Numbered from the stretch's first letter, positions 9,513 through 19,354 are shown. The stretch: DNA of 64,000 nucleotides from Alistipes sp. (GCA_017938765.1 JAGBAX010000028.1:190490-254489), one strand, 5' to 3'. Translations and numbers: made by a program. The notes: generated by a model from the sequence alone, not told the origin.

Positions 9513-10475
9513 CCTTGAGGATAAAAACTCTTTGGTAACTACTACCCTAATTGCGCGGGGGACAATCTCTATATCAACAGTTGTCTCGCCCATCATCTCG
9601 CCATCGCACTCAAGCATAATAGGGGGTGCGGAGACGATGCTGATATGCTTTCCCTGTGCGTGTTTGACGTGGCCGATAGAGTAGATACCACCATTGAAGA
9701 GTCGGCGCAGGCGGAAGACTATATGCCACCAGTGCAGAGGCTTAATAAGTGTAATATCGAGCAATCCATCATCAGCCACAGCCTTTGGCAGCTGCTGCAC
9801 ACCACCGCCGTTATACTTACAGATACCGACAGCGATACTGAAAATCAGGTTGTTAAATATCTCCTCGCCATCAACGACAATCTTCACACCAGAGGCCTTG
9901 TATGTAAAGTAGGCCTTCAAGATACTGGCAAAATAGAGCCAGCGACCCTTACATCCCTTAGCCTTCCAGTGGTTAAAAATTGAGATAACAAAGCTATCAA
10001 ATCCCAGTCCCGCCACATTTGCCATGTAGCGGGTCTGGCGATATTTTGACTCTGTATATGTCACTGCTCCCACATCCTGCAGAAAGGTCTTTCCCTCCTT
10101 AATGGCGCGGATAGCCTCCGAATATCGGGAGGCGATGCCGAAAGTACGCACCCAGTCATTTCCCGTACCTACGGCGATAACGGCAAGGCTGATATCCTTA
10201 GGCTCGCACTGCTGCTGGATAAAGAGTCCATTGACCACCTCATTAAGCGTTCCATCGCCGCCGACGACAATAATCTTACGATAGCCCTTATTGACAGCCT
10301 CTACAGCGAGCTCTGTAGCGTGGCACTTATGCTCAGTAAAGACCGCATCGTGGTAGATATTGTTGTCGCGCAGCAGCTTAGCAATCTGCGGATAGTCCTT
10401 CAGACCATGTCCCGCGCCTGCTGTTGGGTTTACAATGGCAAACCAGTGTTCTGTATTTATCTGATCGGCAGTCAT
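9510..10475 (-). CDS. Diacylglycerol/lipid kinase family protein (DAGK/YegS-like)
   Basis: IVNPTAG, VGGDGTLNEV, GTGNDW, ECDGE motifs. Confidence 0.92.
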   Translation of the reverse strand: MTADQINTEHWFAIVNPTAGAGHGLKDYPQIAKLLRDNNIYHDAVFTEHKCHATELAVEAVNKGYRKIIVVGGDGTLNEVVNGLFIQQQCEPKDISLAVIAVGTGNDWVRTFGIASRYSEAIRAIKEGKTFLQDVGAVTYTESKYRQTRYMANVAGLGFDSFVISIFNHWKAKGCKGRWLYFASILKAYFTYKASGVKIVVDGEEIFNNLIFSIAVGICKYNGGGVQQLPKAVADDGLLDITLIKPLHWWHIVFRLRRLFNGGIYSIGHVKHAQGKHISIVSAPPIMLECDGEMMGETTVDIEIVPRAIRVVVTKEFLSSR

Positions 10476-10476
10476 A

Positions 10477-11931
10477 CTACTTCAGCGGAGCATTTGCCAG
10501 TGTGTGGAGCAGGAATGAGTAGAACTTCTCTACCGAAGCAATCTCAACCTTCTCATCTGGAGAGTGTGGATAGCAGATTGTCGGGCCAAACGAAATCATA
10601 TCCAGTCCCTCGTACTTACCGCCGATAATTCCGCACTCAAGACCTGCGTGGATAGCCATCACTGCAGGCTTCACGCCATAGAGCGACTCGTACGATGCGA
10701 GCATAGTGTGCAGAATTGGCGACTCCATATTTGGCTTCCAGCCGTCATAGTCTCCCGACAGCTCAACAGTAGCACCTGCAAGCTCAAACACACCCTTAAT
10801 AGCCTCGCCCAAAGCGTGCTTCTCGCTATTGACAGAGCTACGGAGCAGACACTGAATCTTAATGCACTCGCCATTGCTAACTACGCGAGCAAGGTTAGAC
10901 GAGGTCTGCACAAGGCCCTCCATCTCTACGGACATCTTAACAACGCCATTAGCTGCGCCGATAACCGCCTTAGCAAGCTTTGTTGCAACATCTGCTGGGA
11001 TAACCTGCTCTGGCATAGCAGTAGATAGAGCCTTCACAGAGATATTGTCCTCAATATTTGCATACTCAGCCGTAAGTGTCTTCTCAAATGCTGCAACCTC
11101 AGCCTCAAAAGCAGCCACATCGCCATTTGCCACAAGTACAACAGCCGTAGCCTCGCGCGGAATAGCGTTGCGAAGGCCTCCACCATCTACACTTGCCAAG
11201 CGAACATCGCAAGCCGTATGGTTCAGCAGACGGAACAACTCACGGTTAGCATTTGCCCTTTGATAGCCAATCTGAATACCAGAGTGGCCACCCTTAAGTC
11301 CCTTAACCTCAACAGCATAAGCTCTATATCCCTCTGGTGCAGCCTCAGCAGTATAAGGCAGTGTAATATTTGCATCAAGACCACCTGCGCAACCTACATA
11401 GAGCTCGCCCTCGGTCTCAGAGTCAAGGTTGAGCAGGATATCACCCTGAAGCAGTCCACCCTTAAGACCAAAGGCTCCATCCATACCAGTCTCCTCCGTT
11501 GCTGTAAAGAGAGCCTCCACAGGGCCGTGAACAAGAGTCTTATCCTCAAGCACTGCCAGTATAGCCGCTGCGCCGATGCCGTTATCAGCACCCAGAGTAG
11601 TGCCGTTAGCAGTCACCCACTCGCCGTCAATATAGGCCTCAATAGGGTCGGTCTCAAAGTCAAAACTCTTGTCGTTATTCTTCTGTGGCACCATATCAAG
11701 GTGAGCCTGAATAACGATACCCTTACGATTCTCCATACCCGCTGTAGCAGGCTTACGGACATAGACATTATTTGCCTCGTCTACGGAGTACTCAAGCCCC
11801 TGAGCCTCTGCAAAATCTACAACATACTGACGAATCTTCTCCTCGTGGTGAGAAGGGTGCGGAATATTACAAATAGCCGCAAAATGTTTCCAAACAAGCG
11901 CTGGACTAAGCGCATTAAAATCTTTGTTCAT
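10477..11931 (-). CDS. pepD: Aminoacyl-histidine dipeptidase (M20C)
   Basis: QAHLDMV, TTLGADNGIG, TEETGMDGA, IHAGLECG, PHSPDE. Confidence 0.95.
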   Translation of the reverse strand: MNKDFNALSPALVWKHFAAICNIPHPSHHEEKIRQYVVDFAEAQGLEYSVDEANNVYVRKPATAGMENRKGIVIQAHLDMVPQKNNDKSFDFETDPIEAYIDGEWVTANGTTLGADNGIGAAAILAVLEDKTLVHGPVEALFTATEETGMDGAFGLKGGLLQGDILLNLDSETEGELYVGCAGGLDANITLPYTAEAAPEGYRAYAVEVKGLKGGHSGIQIGYQRANANRELFRLLNHTACDVRLASVDGGGLRNAIPREATAVVLVANGDVAAFEAEVAAFEKTLTAEYANIEDNISVKALSTAMPEQVIPADVATKLAKAVIGAANGVVKMSVEMEGLVQTSSNLARVVSNGECIKIQCLLRSSVNSEKHALGEAIKGVFELAGATVELSGDYDGWKPNMESPILHTMLASYESLYGVKPAVMAIHAGLECGIIGGKYEGLDMISFGPTICYPHSPDEKVEIASVEKFYSFLLHTLANAPLK

Positions 11932-11943
11932 AGTTTAGTTGTT

Positions 11944-13509
11944 TTAATCTATATTTTTTCGTTGTTTTTGCTCCTCTTTCATCAACTTTTTATAGTGGTC
12001 ATACTGGTCAAAGATAATTCCGTTACATATATCCTCCCAAACCTTTGGCTGCCTATTTTTAAGATAGTATCGCAGGCGATTCTCCTCCTTGTAGATGTCG
12101 GAGAGCTTTCGCTCTGTGCGGTCAGCAAGTCCCGCATCGCTATGCTCACTCTGCCAGTGGTCCATATAGCCACGCATACGCTCAAGCACCCCTCTATACT
12201 CAGCCTTATCTGCCAAATTATTGATGCAGTGCGGATCTGCGATGTAGTCATACAACTCCTCCACAGGCTTTGTGTCGGCCATAAAGAGCATCTGAGCATC
12301 GTTCAGTTCGCCCTTAGCCTTTAGTTTTCGCATAATATGTAGCGATGGACGATGCAGGTCCATATACATCTGCGCGCGGTCATATGGATAGTCTGGGAAG
12401 TGGTTGCGGATGTATGTATATCGGTCACTATGCACCGCGCGGAAGCACTCTATAATATCGTCAAAATTATCAGCAGCCGTATATAGATACTCATACGGTT
12501 TTTGCTGCTTATACTCTGGCAATAGGGCATTTAGCACACGACCCTGATAATATTTCGGTTGCTCAACCCCTGCAAGATAGAGGAACGAGGCCGGCAGGTC
12601 AAGCTCGCTTACAAGGTCACTTACAACATCATTTTTAACCCCCTTACCCCAGACAATCATCGGTACGCGCGTGCCAGGCTCATATAGGTAGGACTTTGCG
12701 CGGATGTCGCAACGACCATTATCGGCAACAAAGAAGACTACAGTATTATCCAGCAGACCCTTACGCTCAAACTCCTCTAAAATCATACCTACCTCACCGT
12801 CCATATACTCCACCTGGTCAAGCAGCGTGGCTATATCGTGGCGCACAACAGGATGGTCGGGCATATATGGCGGAAGGGCAACCTTCTGAGGGTCTACAGG
12901 GTCTGCCGAGGCGTTGCGCACGCGATTCCAGTGGTCTCCACGATGAGTTATGTAGAGCGAAATCTGGCAGAAGAATGGCACATCTTTAGGCTCTACATCG
13001 TGCAGTTTGTCAAACAGCCCGAAGTTCTGCTTGCCGTCATACTCGCCTACCATATCCCAGCGGAAGTTGCAGTCAATCTTTCGGCTGCTCTGCACATCGT
13101 TATTCTTGATATTGCGATTCTCGTAGCAGTTTTTATTGCCCAAGATGCAGGTATATCCCGCATCACGAAGATAGGATGTCACTGGCAGAATACCTGCAGG
13201 CAGAGGGGTATTTCGGTTGCTGCGGTGGTTGTGTGCATCTATTGTTGTCTGGTGCATACCCGTCATCATCGCCGAGCGAGTAGGCGAGCTGATAGAGGAG
13301 CAGCAGCGGGCATTTGTATACATAACACCCTCACTGGCCAATCTATTGAGATTTGGCGTCTGCACACCCCTACAGCCGTAACACTCAAGGTCAAGACTCA
13401 TATCCTCGGCAATGATAAATAGGATATTAGGTCGCTGCTCTTCTGTAGCCTCCCCACTGCACCCCGTAAGGCATAAACCTGCCGACAAAAGTCCTGCTAT
13501 TCTTCTCAT
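11944..13509 (-). CDS. Ser-type formylglycine-dependent sulfatase, lipoprotein
   Basis: LTGC lipobox; PNILFIIAED; SSPTRSAMMTG (S-x-P-x-R); ADNG; ELYD...DP. Confidence 0.92.
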   Translation of the reverse strand: MRRIAGLLSAGLCLTGCSGEATEEQRPNILFIIAEDMSLDLECYGCRGVQTPNLNRLASEGVMYTNARCCSSISSPTRSAMMTGMHQTTIDAHNHRSNRNTPLPAGILPVTSYLRDAGYTCILGNKNCYENRNIKNNDVQSSRKIDCNFRWDMVGEYDGKQNFGLFDKLHDVEPKDVPFFCQISLYITHRGDHWNRVRNASADPVDPQKVALPPYMPDHPVVRHDIATLLDQVEYMDGEVGMILEEFERKGLLDNTVVFFVADNGRCDIRAKSYLYEPGTRVPMIVWGKGVKNDVVSDLVSELDLPASFLYLAGVEQPKYYQGRVLNALLPEYKQQKPYEYLYTAADNFDDIIECFRAVHSDRYTYIRNHFPDYPYDRAQMYMDLHRPSLHIMRKLKAKGELNDAQMLFMADTKPVEELYDYIADPHCINNLADKAEYRGVLERMRGYMDHWQSEHSDAGLADRTERKLSDIYKEENRLRYYLKNRQPKVWEDICNGIIFDQYDHYKKLMKEEQKQRKNID

Positions 13510-13518
13510 AATCTACTA

Positions 13519-14547
13519 CTATTTACTCTCACTTTCGCGAGCCTCACGCGCCTCACGGCGGCGTTGCTCCTCAATCTTATCTTGGCGGTCAAAGGCATCA
13601 ACAATATGCTTTACAAGCTCGTGGCGCACAATGTCCGAGCGGTCAAACTCCACAAAGCCAATGCCCTGAATATCCTTTACCGTATTCATCGCCCTGACAA
13701 GACCGCTGTCAGACTTATGTGGAAGGTCTACCTGCGTAACATCGCCCGTAACGATAAACTTGGCATTGCGACCCATACGGGTAAGGAACATCTTTATCTG
13801 CGAGCGGGTGGTATTCTGCGCCTCATCAAGAATCACAAAGGCGTTGTCAAGCGTACGACCACGCATATAGGCCAGCGGCGCAATCTGCACCGTGCCATCC
13901 TCAATAAACTTCTGCAACTTCAGCGGCGGAATCATATCGTTCAACGCATCGTAGAGCGGCTGTAGATATGGGTCAAGCTTCTCCTTCATATCGCCAGGCA
14001 GAAAGCCGAGCTTCTCGCCCGCCTCAACAGCTGGTCGGGTGAGTATCACGCGGCGCACCTGTCGCTCACGCAACGCTCTAACTGCCAGAGCAATAGCCGT
14101 ATAGGTCTTACCCGTTCCTGCAGGGCCTGTGGCAAAAATAAGGTCGCACTTGTCGTATATATTTACCAGCTTGCGCTGATTCTCTGTGCGTGCCTTGACA
14201 ACAACTCCATTGTTGCCATAGACAATAACCTCACTATCGCGCGGAGCAGCACTGCCACCCTCCTGCGGTGCATCGCCCGTAGTAAAGCCCGCTGCAAAAG
14301 ATTGGTCTACAACCTCCTTGGATATATGCCCATAGCGGTCGTAGTAGTCAATGAGCGACTGCATACGGCGCTCAAATCGCTCAATATCCCCCTTTGCACC
14401 AAGCACCTTGAGCGTATGCCCGCGCGCAATAATCTTCAATTTCGGATGCAGAGCCTTTATCTGCTCAAGATAGACATTCTTTGCGCCATAAAGCTCTCTG
14501 GTATCTATATTCTCTACCGATATTGTCTTACCCTCTGTCTCTATCAT
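13519..14547 (-). CDS. phoH: PhoH-family ATPase
   Basis: GPAGTGKT, LTRPAVEAGEKLGFLPG, MRGRTL, DEAQN. Confidence 0.95.
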   Translation of the reverse strand: MIETEGKTISVENIDTRELYGAKNVYLEQIKALHPKLKIIARGHTLKVLGAKGDIERFERRMQSLIDYYDRYGHISKEVVDQSFAAGFTTGDAPQEGGSAAPRDSEVIVYGNNGVVVKARTENQRKLVNIYDKCDLIFATGPAGTGKTYTAIALAVRALRERQVRRVILTRPAVEAGEKLGFLPGDMKEKLDPYLQPLYDALNDMIPPLKLQKFIEDGTVQIAPLAYMRGRTLDNAFVILDEAQNTTRSQIKMFLTRMGRNAKFIVTGDVTQVDLPHKSDSGLVRAMNTVKDIQGIGFVEFDRSDIVRHELVKHIVDAFDRQDKIEEQRRREAREARESESK

Positions 14548-15167
14548 TAGAATAGTATTCCTACTTTTAGTTGTGCATTAAACATTGTTGTCTTGATATA
14601 CTCCCCCTCGGCGGCAATGTCGTACGACAGACAGTTCTCCACAGCCTTAAATCCACCACCTACGCGCGCATCTATAAGCAGTCGCCTTAGCAGACACACA
14701 CTTACGCCCGCGCTATAGGATACCGTCGGATAGAGCCTGCCAAACATAACCTTCTCTCCCTTGCGGTCAAGATATGTCGGATTATCCATCAGCGTAAATA
14801 CAGGACCTACATTGAGCCTGACAAGACCAAACTTAAGCGACACAAGCACAGGCACTTGCAGCGTGTTGCACTTTATGTCGGCCTTAAACTTTTGAGGCTC
14901 GTCTGTAAGGGCAATCTTGTTGTAGGAGTAGATAATCTCTGGCTGAATGCCGAGAATACCCACAATTCTAAGCCCCATATGAACTCCCGCCGCAAAGCCA
15001 GTGTTAGCCTTCAGCTCTGCTGTTGAGCTACCCATATTAAATTTCGCTAACGGATGGTGCACACCCGCTACAACGCCCCACTCGGTCCTCACGCCAGGCA
15101 CTCCTCCGCCCGCATATGCCGCCACTGCAATCAGCAACGCCACCAGTATAACTATACATCTTCTCAT
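14547..15167 (-). CDS. Outer-membrane beta-barrel (porin-family) protein
   Basis: Signal peptide, alternating beta-strands, IQPEIIYS, C-terminal Phe; TAATG coupling to phoH. Confidence 0.7.
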   Translation of the reverse strand: MRRCIVILVALLIAVAAYAGGGVPGVRTEWGVVAGVHHPLAKFNMGSSTAELKANTGFAAGVHMGLRIVGILGIQPEIIYSYNKIALTDEPQKFKADIKCNTLQVPVLVSLKFGLVRLNVGPVFTLMDNPTYLDRKGEKVMFGRLYPTVSYSAGVSVCLLRRLLIDARVGGGFKAVENCLSYDIAAEGEYIKTTMFNAQLKVGILF

Positions 15168-15257
15168 AATCACTCCAAAAATAGTAATTTTTTATTAAAC
15201 AGCCATATAAATAGGTATCAATCTTGCCAAAAATTTTGTTCTCCCGATGCTTTTCAC

Positions 15258-15265
15258 TACCTTTG
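15258..15265 (+). promoter_or_regulatory. -7 promoter element upstream of the der leader
   Basis: TACCTTTG with upstream TTTG. Confidence 0.6.
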
Positions 15266-15273
15266 CACCGAAA

Positions 15274-15430
15274 TTGGCCGTTAGCCGTTGGCCATTGGCC
15301 ATTAGCTGGCTAACGCAGAATAGAGAATTTAGTGAAGTTAGGGAATTTAGGGAAATCCTTAATCTCCCTAAATTCCTTAAACTCCTTATTAACAAAAAGC
15401 CAATAGCCAATGGCTAAAGGCTAAAGGCTA
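15274..15430. repeat. Nested inverted heptamer (TTRGCYR) and nonamer (GAAKTTAGG) tandem repeats
   Basis: ttggccg ttagccg ttggcca ttggcca ttagctg ... gaatttagt gaagttagg gaatttagg ... ccttaatct ccctaaatt ccttaaact ... agccaat agccaat ggctaaa ggctaaa. Confidence 0.8.
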
Positions 15431-15492
15431 CAAATTATAAACAGTAAAAAGGGGCATACCATTTGGCACCCGTTTCGCTAATTAGCGAAACA

Positions 15493-15528
15493 AAGCCTCC
15501 CTTTGCCAAAGGGAGGTTTGGAGGGAAT
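15493..15528. repeat. Short REP-like palindrome (family D, copy 2)
   Basis: AAGCCTCCCTTTG-C-CAAAGGGAGGTTTGGAGGG. Confidence 0.5.
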
Positions 15529-15626
15529 GTCAATATGACAGCATTCAACGAATGCTTGTTTTTTGGAGCAAATGTCCCGAATAAATTATAAACAGCAAAA
15601 AGGGGACATTTGCCCCAAAAAACACT

Positions 15627-16931
15627 ATGAGTTTAGTTGCAATCGTTGGTCGCCCGAATGTGGGCAAAAGTACACTGTTCAACCGTCTTGTGGGTCAGCG
15701 TCAGGCTATTGTAGACGCTACTGCAGGCACTACGCGAGACCGTCACTACGGCAAGACAGACTGGTCTGGTCGTGAGTTTTCGGTTATTGACACTGGCGGT
15801 TATACGGTCAACAGTGACGATATTTTTGAGGACGAGATTCGCCGTCAGGTGCTACTGGCTATTGAAGAGGCGGATGTTATTCTGTTCCTTGTAGAGGTAG
15901 GCACTGGTGTGACAGACCTTGATATGATGATGGCGGAGATTCTGCGCCGTGCAAAGAAGCGCGTGATTCTTGTCTGCAACAAGGTGGACAACTACGAGCT
16001 TATCTACAACTCGCACGAGTTCTACACCCTCGGCCTTGGCGACCCATTCTGCATCAGCTCTATGTCGGGCAGTGGCACGGGCGAGCTGATGGACCAGATT
16101 CTGAAGCTACTGCCAGAGGATTGCACCGCCGAGGAGCTTGAGGACCTGCCACGCATCACTATTGTGGGTCGTCCAAATGTCGGCAAGTCCTCTATGACCA
16201 ACGCCCTGCTGGGTCAGGAGCGCAACATTGTAACAAATATCGCTGGTACTACGCGCGACTCTATCCACACCCGCTATAACAAGTACGGCATGGACTTCTA
16301 CCTCGTTGATACCGCAGGTATGCGCAAGAAGGGCAAGAGTATGGAGGACCTTGAGTTCTACTCTGTTATGCGCTCTATCCGCGCCATTGAGGCGTCAGAT
16401 GTCTGCATACTTATGCTTGACGCACAGCAGGGCATTGAGTCTCAAGACCTAAATATCCACAACCTCATTGTCCGCAACCGCAAGGGCTGTGTTATTGTTG
16501 TCAATAAGTGGGACCTTGTAGAGAAGGAGAACAACACGATGAAGGAGTGGAAGGAGTTCCTTGAGAAGAAGCTCGCTCCATTTAGCGATATTCCGATTAT
16601 CTTCACTTCGGCACTGCACAAGCAGCGCATCCTTGAGGTGCTGCAGACAGCTATCCGTGTCTGCAACTCTCGCTCACGAAGAATACCTACCTCGGAGCTG
16701 AACGACTTTATACTTCCAATCATTGAGAACACCCCACCACCAACAGTCAAGGGTAAGTATATCCGTATAAAGTACGCTATGCAGCTGCCAACACCTACTC
16801 CGCAGTTTGCCTTCTTCTGCAACCTGCCACAGTATATCCGCGAGAACTACCGCCGCTTCCTTGAGAACCATATCCGCGAGCAGTACGACTTCTCCGGCGT
16901 ACCTATCCAGATATACTTCCGCCAGAAGTAG
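15627..16931 (+). CDS. der: Ribosome biogenesis GTPase Der
   Basis: Two GRPNVGKS G-domains, GTTRD, DTGG/DTAG, KH-like tail. Confidence 0.98.
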   Translation: MSLVAIVGRPNVGKSTLFNRLVGQRQAIVDATAGTTRDRHYGKTDWSGREFSVIDTGGYTVNSDDIFEDEIRRQVLLAIEEADVILFLVEVGTGVTDLDMMMAEILRRAKKRVILVCNKVDNYELIYNSHEFYTLGLGDPFCISSMSGSGTGELMDQILKLLPEDCTAEELEDLPRITIVGRPNVGKSSMTNALLGQERNIVTNIAGTTRDSIHTRYNKYGMDFYLVDTAGMRKKGKSMEDLEFYSVMRSIRAIEASDVCILMLDAQQGIESQDLNIHNLIVRNRKGCVIVVNKWDLVEKENNTMKEWKEFLEKKLAPFSDIPIIFTSALHKQRILEVLQTAIRVCNSRSRRIPTSELNDFILPIIENTPPPTVKGKYIRIKYAMQLPTPTPQFAFFCNLPQYIRENYRRFLENHIREQYDFSGVPIQIYFRQK

Positions 16932-17137
16932 CTACGCAGAACTGCCCGCTTTTTGAAAAAAGCAGGGCATGCAAAAACTTTCGGCGAAACCTTGTTTCGC
17001 TTATCTCTGATGCGGATTTAGGATAGCCTTATGGCTATTACGATAAAAAATAGAGCCATTCACTTTCAAGCAAGCTTGAGTGAGGCTCTATTTTCATCGT
17101 ACCATCTGCGATGGATAACCCAAATCCGAATAAACGC
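16931..17137. repeat. Structured intergenic element family A, copy 1
   Basis: Shares CTGATGCGGATTTAGG, TCAAGCnAGCTTGA and AAATCCGAATAAAC blocks with 44165-44419 (inverted) and 55085-55326. Confidence 0.9.
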
Positions 17138-18186
17138 TACCCCACAATAATTCCACCACCGAGGATTGTGTTGTCGCGGTAGAAGGCGGCTGCTTGACCT
17201 GCAGCTACGGCTGTAAGTGGTTCAAAAAGAGCAACTTGCAGGGTGTTATCTGGTAGCAGTGTTACTCGGCAGCGATTTGCTTGTTTGCGGTAGCGGATTT
17301 TTACGATAACATCGTCTCTGTCAAGTAGTTGTGCAGGATTTGTGATATTCCAATCCTTGAGGCGAAACTCTGTACGCTCTAATGACTTAAGGTCTCCCAG
17401 CACGACACGATTCTCTGCTGGAACAATCTTTTTTACGAAGGTCGCTTTGTTAAGGTCAATGCCCAGACCGCGCCTCTGACCGATAGTGTAGAATGGATAA
17501 CCCTCGTGCCAAGCGATAAACTCCCCATTTTCATCCACAAACTCCCCCCTCTGAATAGCCTCCGTTGGGACATTGTCGCTAAGAAATGTGCGGTAGTCCA
17601 TCGGGCAGAAGCAGACGCCGAGGCTATCTTTTTTCTGCGCAGCCTTCATAAATCCGCGCTCCAATGCAATTTCGCGCACGCGCTGCTTTGTCAGCGCACC
17701 CATAGGCAGGAGCATCCGCTCTAATATATCTTGTGGCAGCCCCCACAGAAAGAAAGATTGGTCTTTATCTGGGTCTGCACCCGCCGTAATGTGCCAATGG
17801 TTATCTATAAACTCCTTTTGCACATAGTGCCCCGTAGCGATATGATAAATTCCCCGCTCGTCGGCCAACTGGCGAAGAAGAGGCCACTTTAAGTAGTTGT
17901 TACACAGCGTACAAGGCACTGGCGTGTGGCCGTCCATATACTCGCGGATGAAGTAGCCTATAATAGTCGTCTTAAAGAGTTCTCTCTGGTCAGAGACTAT
18001 ATGCTCAATGCCAAGACGAGAGCATAGCTCCCGCGCATCATCAAGATACTCCGTAGAGCCGTCTGTCTCATAGAAGCGGAAAGTCACGCCCGTAACTTCG
18101 TATCCAGCATCCTGCAACAGCAGCGCTGCCACAGAGCTGTCCGTGCCACCACTCATCCCCAATAAAACTCTCCGACTCGGTTTCAT
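17137..18186 (-). CDS. mnmA: tRNA 2-thiouridylase MnmA
   Basis: [39 protein letters not shown]; start MKPSRR at 18186, TATCTTTG promoter at 18191-18198. Confidence 0.96.
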   Translation of the reverse strand: MKPSRRVLLGMSGGTDSSVAALLLQDAGYEVTGVTFRFYETDGSTEYLDDARELCSRLGIEHIVSDQRELFKTTIIGYFIREYMDGHTPVPCTLCNNYLKWPLLRQLADERGIYHIATGHYVQKEFIDNHWHITAGADPDKDQSFFLWGLPQDILERMLLPMGALTKQRVREIALERGFMKAAQKKDSLGVCFCPMDYRTFLSDNVPTEAIQRGEFVDENGEFIAWHEGYPFYTIGQRRGLGIDLNKATFVKKIVPAENRVVLGDLKSLERTEFRLKDWNITNPAQLLDRDDVIVKIRYRKQANRCRVTLLPDNTLQVALFEPLTAVAAGQAAAFYRDNTILGGGIIVG

Positions 18187-18214
18187 ACCACAAAGATAGT
18201 CACAAAATAGAAAA

Positions 18215-18249
18215 AGCCAATGGCTAATGGCCAACAGCAAATAGCAAAT
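18215..18249. repeat. Heptamer repeat arm
   Basis: agccaat ggctaat ggccaac agcaaat agcaaat. Confidence 0.65.
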
Positions 18250-18274
18250 CTGATTTTAGGTGAGTTCCTCACCA

Positions 18275-18403
18275 TAAATTTCATTTTAAGTCGGAAGTTA
18301 CAACGCTCGGCAAAAAATCCCACCGATGGATAGTACTAAAACGTACAGCCATTGGTGGGACTTTTTTGTTAGCGGAAGTAAATTCCACTTAAAATGAAAT
18401 TTA
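18275..18403. repeat. 129-bp palindromic element family B, copy 1
   Basis: Perfect 17-bp terminal inverted repeat TAAATTTCATTTTAAGT/ACTTAAAATGAAATTTA; core GGATAGTAC-N6-GTACAGCC; right end overlaps the mdh stop codon. Confidence 0.85.
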
Positions 18404-19354
18404 CAATGCGCCGATTTCGTAGAGAGCACCGTTTACCTTGCGTACTGCCTCTGCAGCTGCATCGAACTTAGCCTTCTCCTCCTTAGTGAGGTCTACCTTA
18501 ACGATCTTCTCAATACCCTTCTTACCGAGAACTACAGGTACGCCGAGGCAGATATCCTCCTGACCATACTCGCCCTCAAGAAGAACTGAGCAAGGAACGA
18601 TAGCCTTAGTGTCGTTGATAATAGCGTCAACAACATAAGCACCTGCAGAACCTGGAGCATACCAAGCAGAGGTACCAAGAAGGCCAGTAAGAGTAGCACC
18701 ACCAACCATAGTATCAGCAGCAACCTGCTCAAGCTTCTTCTTTGAAAGGAACTGAGATGCAGGAACACCCTTGATAGTAGCCTTAGATGTGAGCGGCACC
18801 ATAGTAGTATCGCCGTGACCACCGATAACCATACCGTCGATATCCTGAATACCTACGCCAGTAGCCTTAGAGAGGTAGCAGCGGAAACGAGAAGAGTCAA
18901 GAGCGCCACCCATACCGATGATGCGGTTCTTCTTAAGACCTGTAGCCTTGAGAGCAAGGTAAGTCATTGTATCCATAGGGTTAGAGATAACAACAACGAT
19001 AGCCTTTGGAGACCACTTCAGTGCGTTACCAACAACGCCCTTAACGATACCTGCGTTGATACCGATAAGCTCCTCACGAGTCATACCTGGCTTACGAGGA
19101 ATACCAGATGTAACAACAATTACATCAGAGTTTGCAGTTGGCTTGTAGCCCTCTGCATCTGTAGCTGTAACACCAACGAGCTTAGTCTTGTAGCCCTGAG
19201 TAGCAGCAGCCTGGAACATATCCAGCATCTTACCCTCTGAAAGACCGTCCTTGATATCAACCAGAACAACCTCGCTTGCAACGCCTCGGCAAGCCAATAC
19301 ATTTGCACAAGTTGCACCTACTGCACCTGCGCCGATAACTGTAACTTTTGACAT
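18401..19354 (-). CDS. mdh: Malate dehydrogenase (LDH-like)
   Basis: GAGAVG, GIPRKPGMTREEL, SNPMD, GGHGD. Confidence 0.96.
   Translation of the reverse strand: MSKVTVIGAGAVGATCANVLACRGVASEVVLVDIKDGLSEGKMLDMFQAAATQGYKTKLVGVTATDAEGYKPTANSDVIVVTSGIPRKPGMTREELIGINAGIVKGVVGNALKWSPKAIVVVISNPMDTMTYLALKATGLKKNRIIGMGGALDSSRFRCYLSKATGVGIQDIDGMVIGGHGDTTMVPLTSKATIKGVPASQFLSKKKLEQVAADTMVGGATLTGLLGTSAWYAPGSAGAYVVDAIINDTKAIVPCSVLLEGEYGQEDICLGVPVVLGKKGIEKIVKVDLTKEEKAKFDAAAEAVRKVNGALYEIGAL

Noticed and set aside
11218-12324. 368-aa plus-strand ORF and other long antisense ORFs (e.g. 6083-6766, 22363-23220, 62172-62858)
   Set aside because: They shadow well-supported genes on the opposite strand, have no motifs, and are explained by codon bias.
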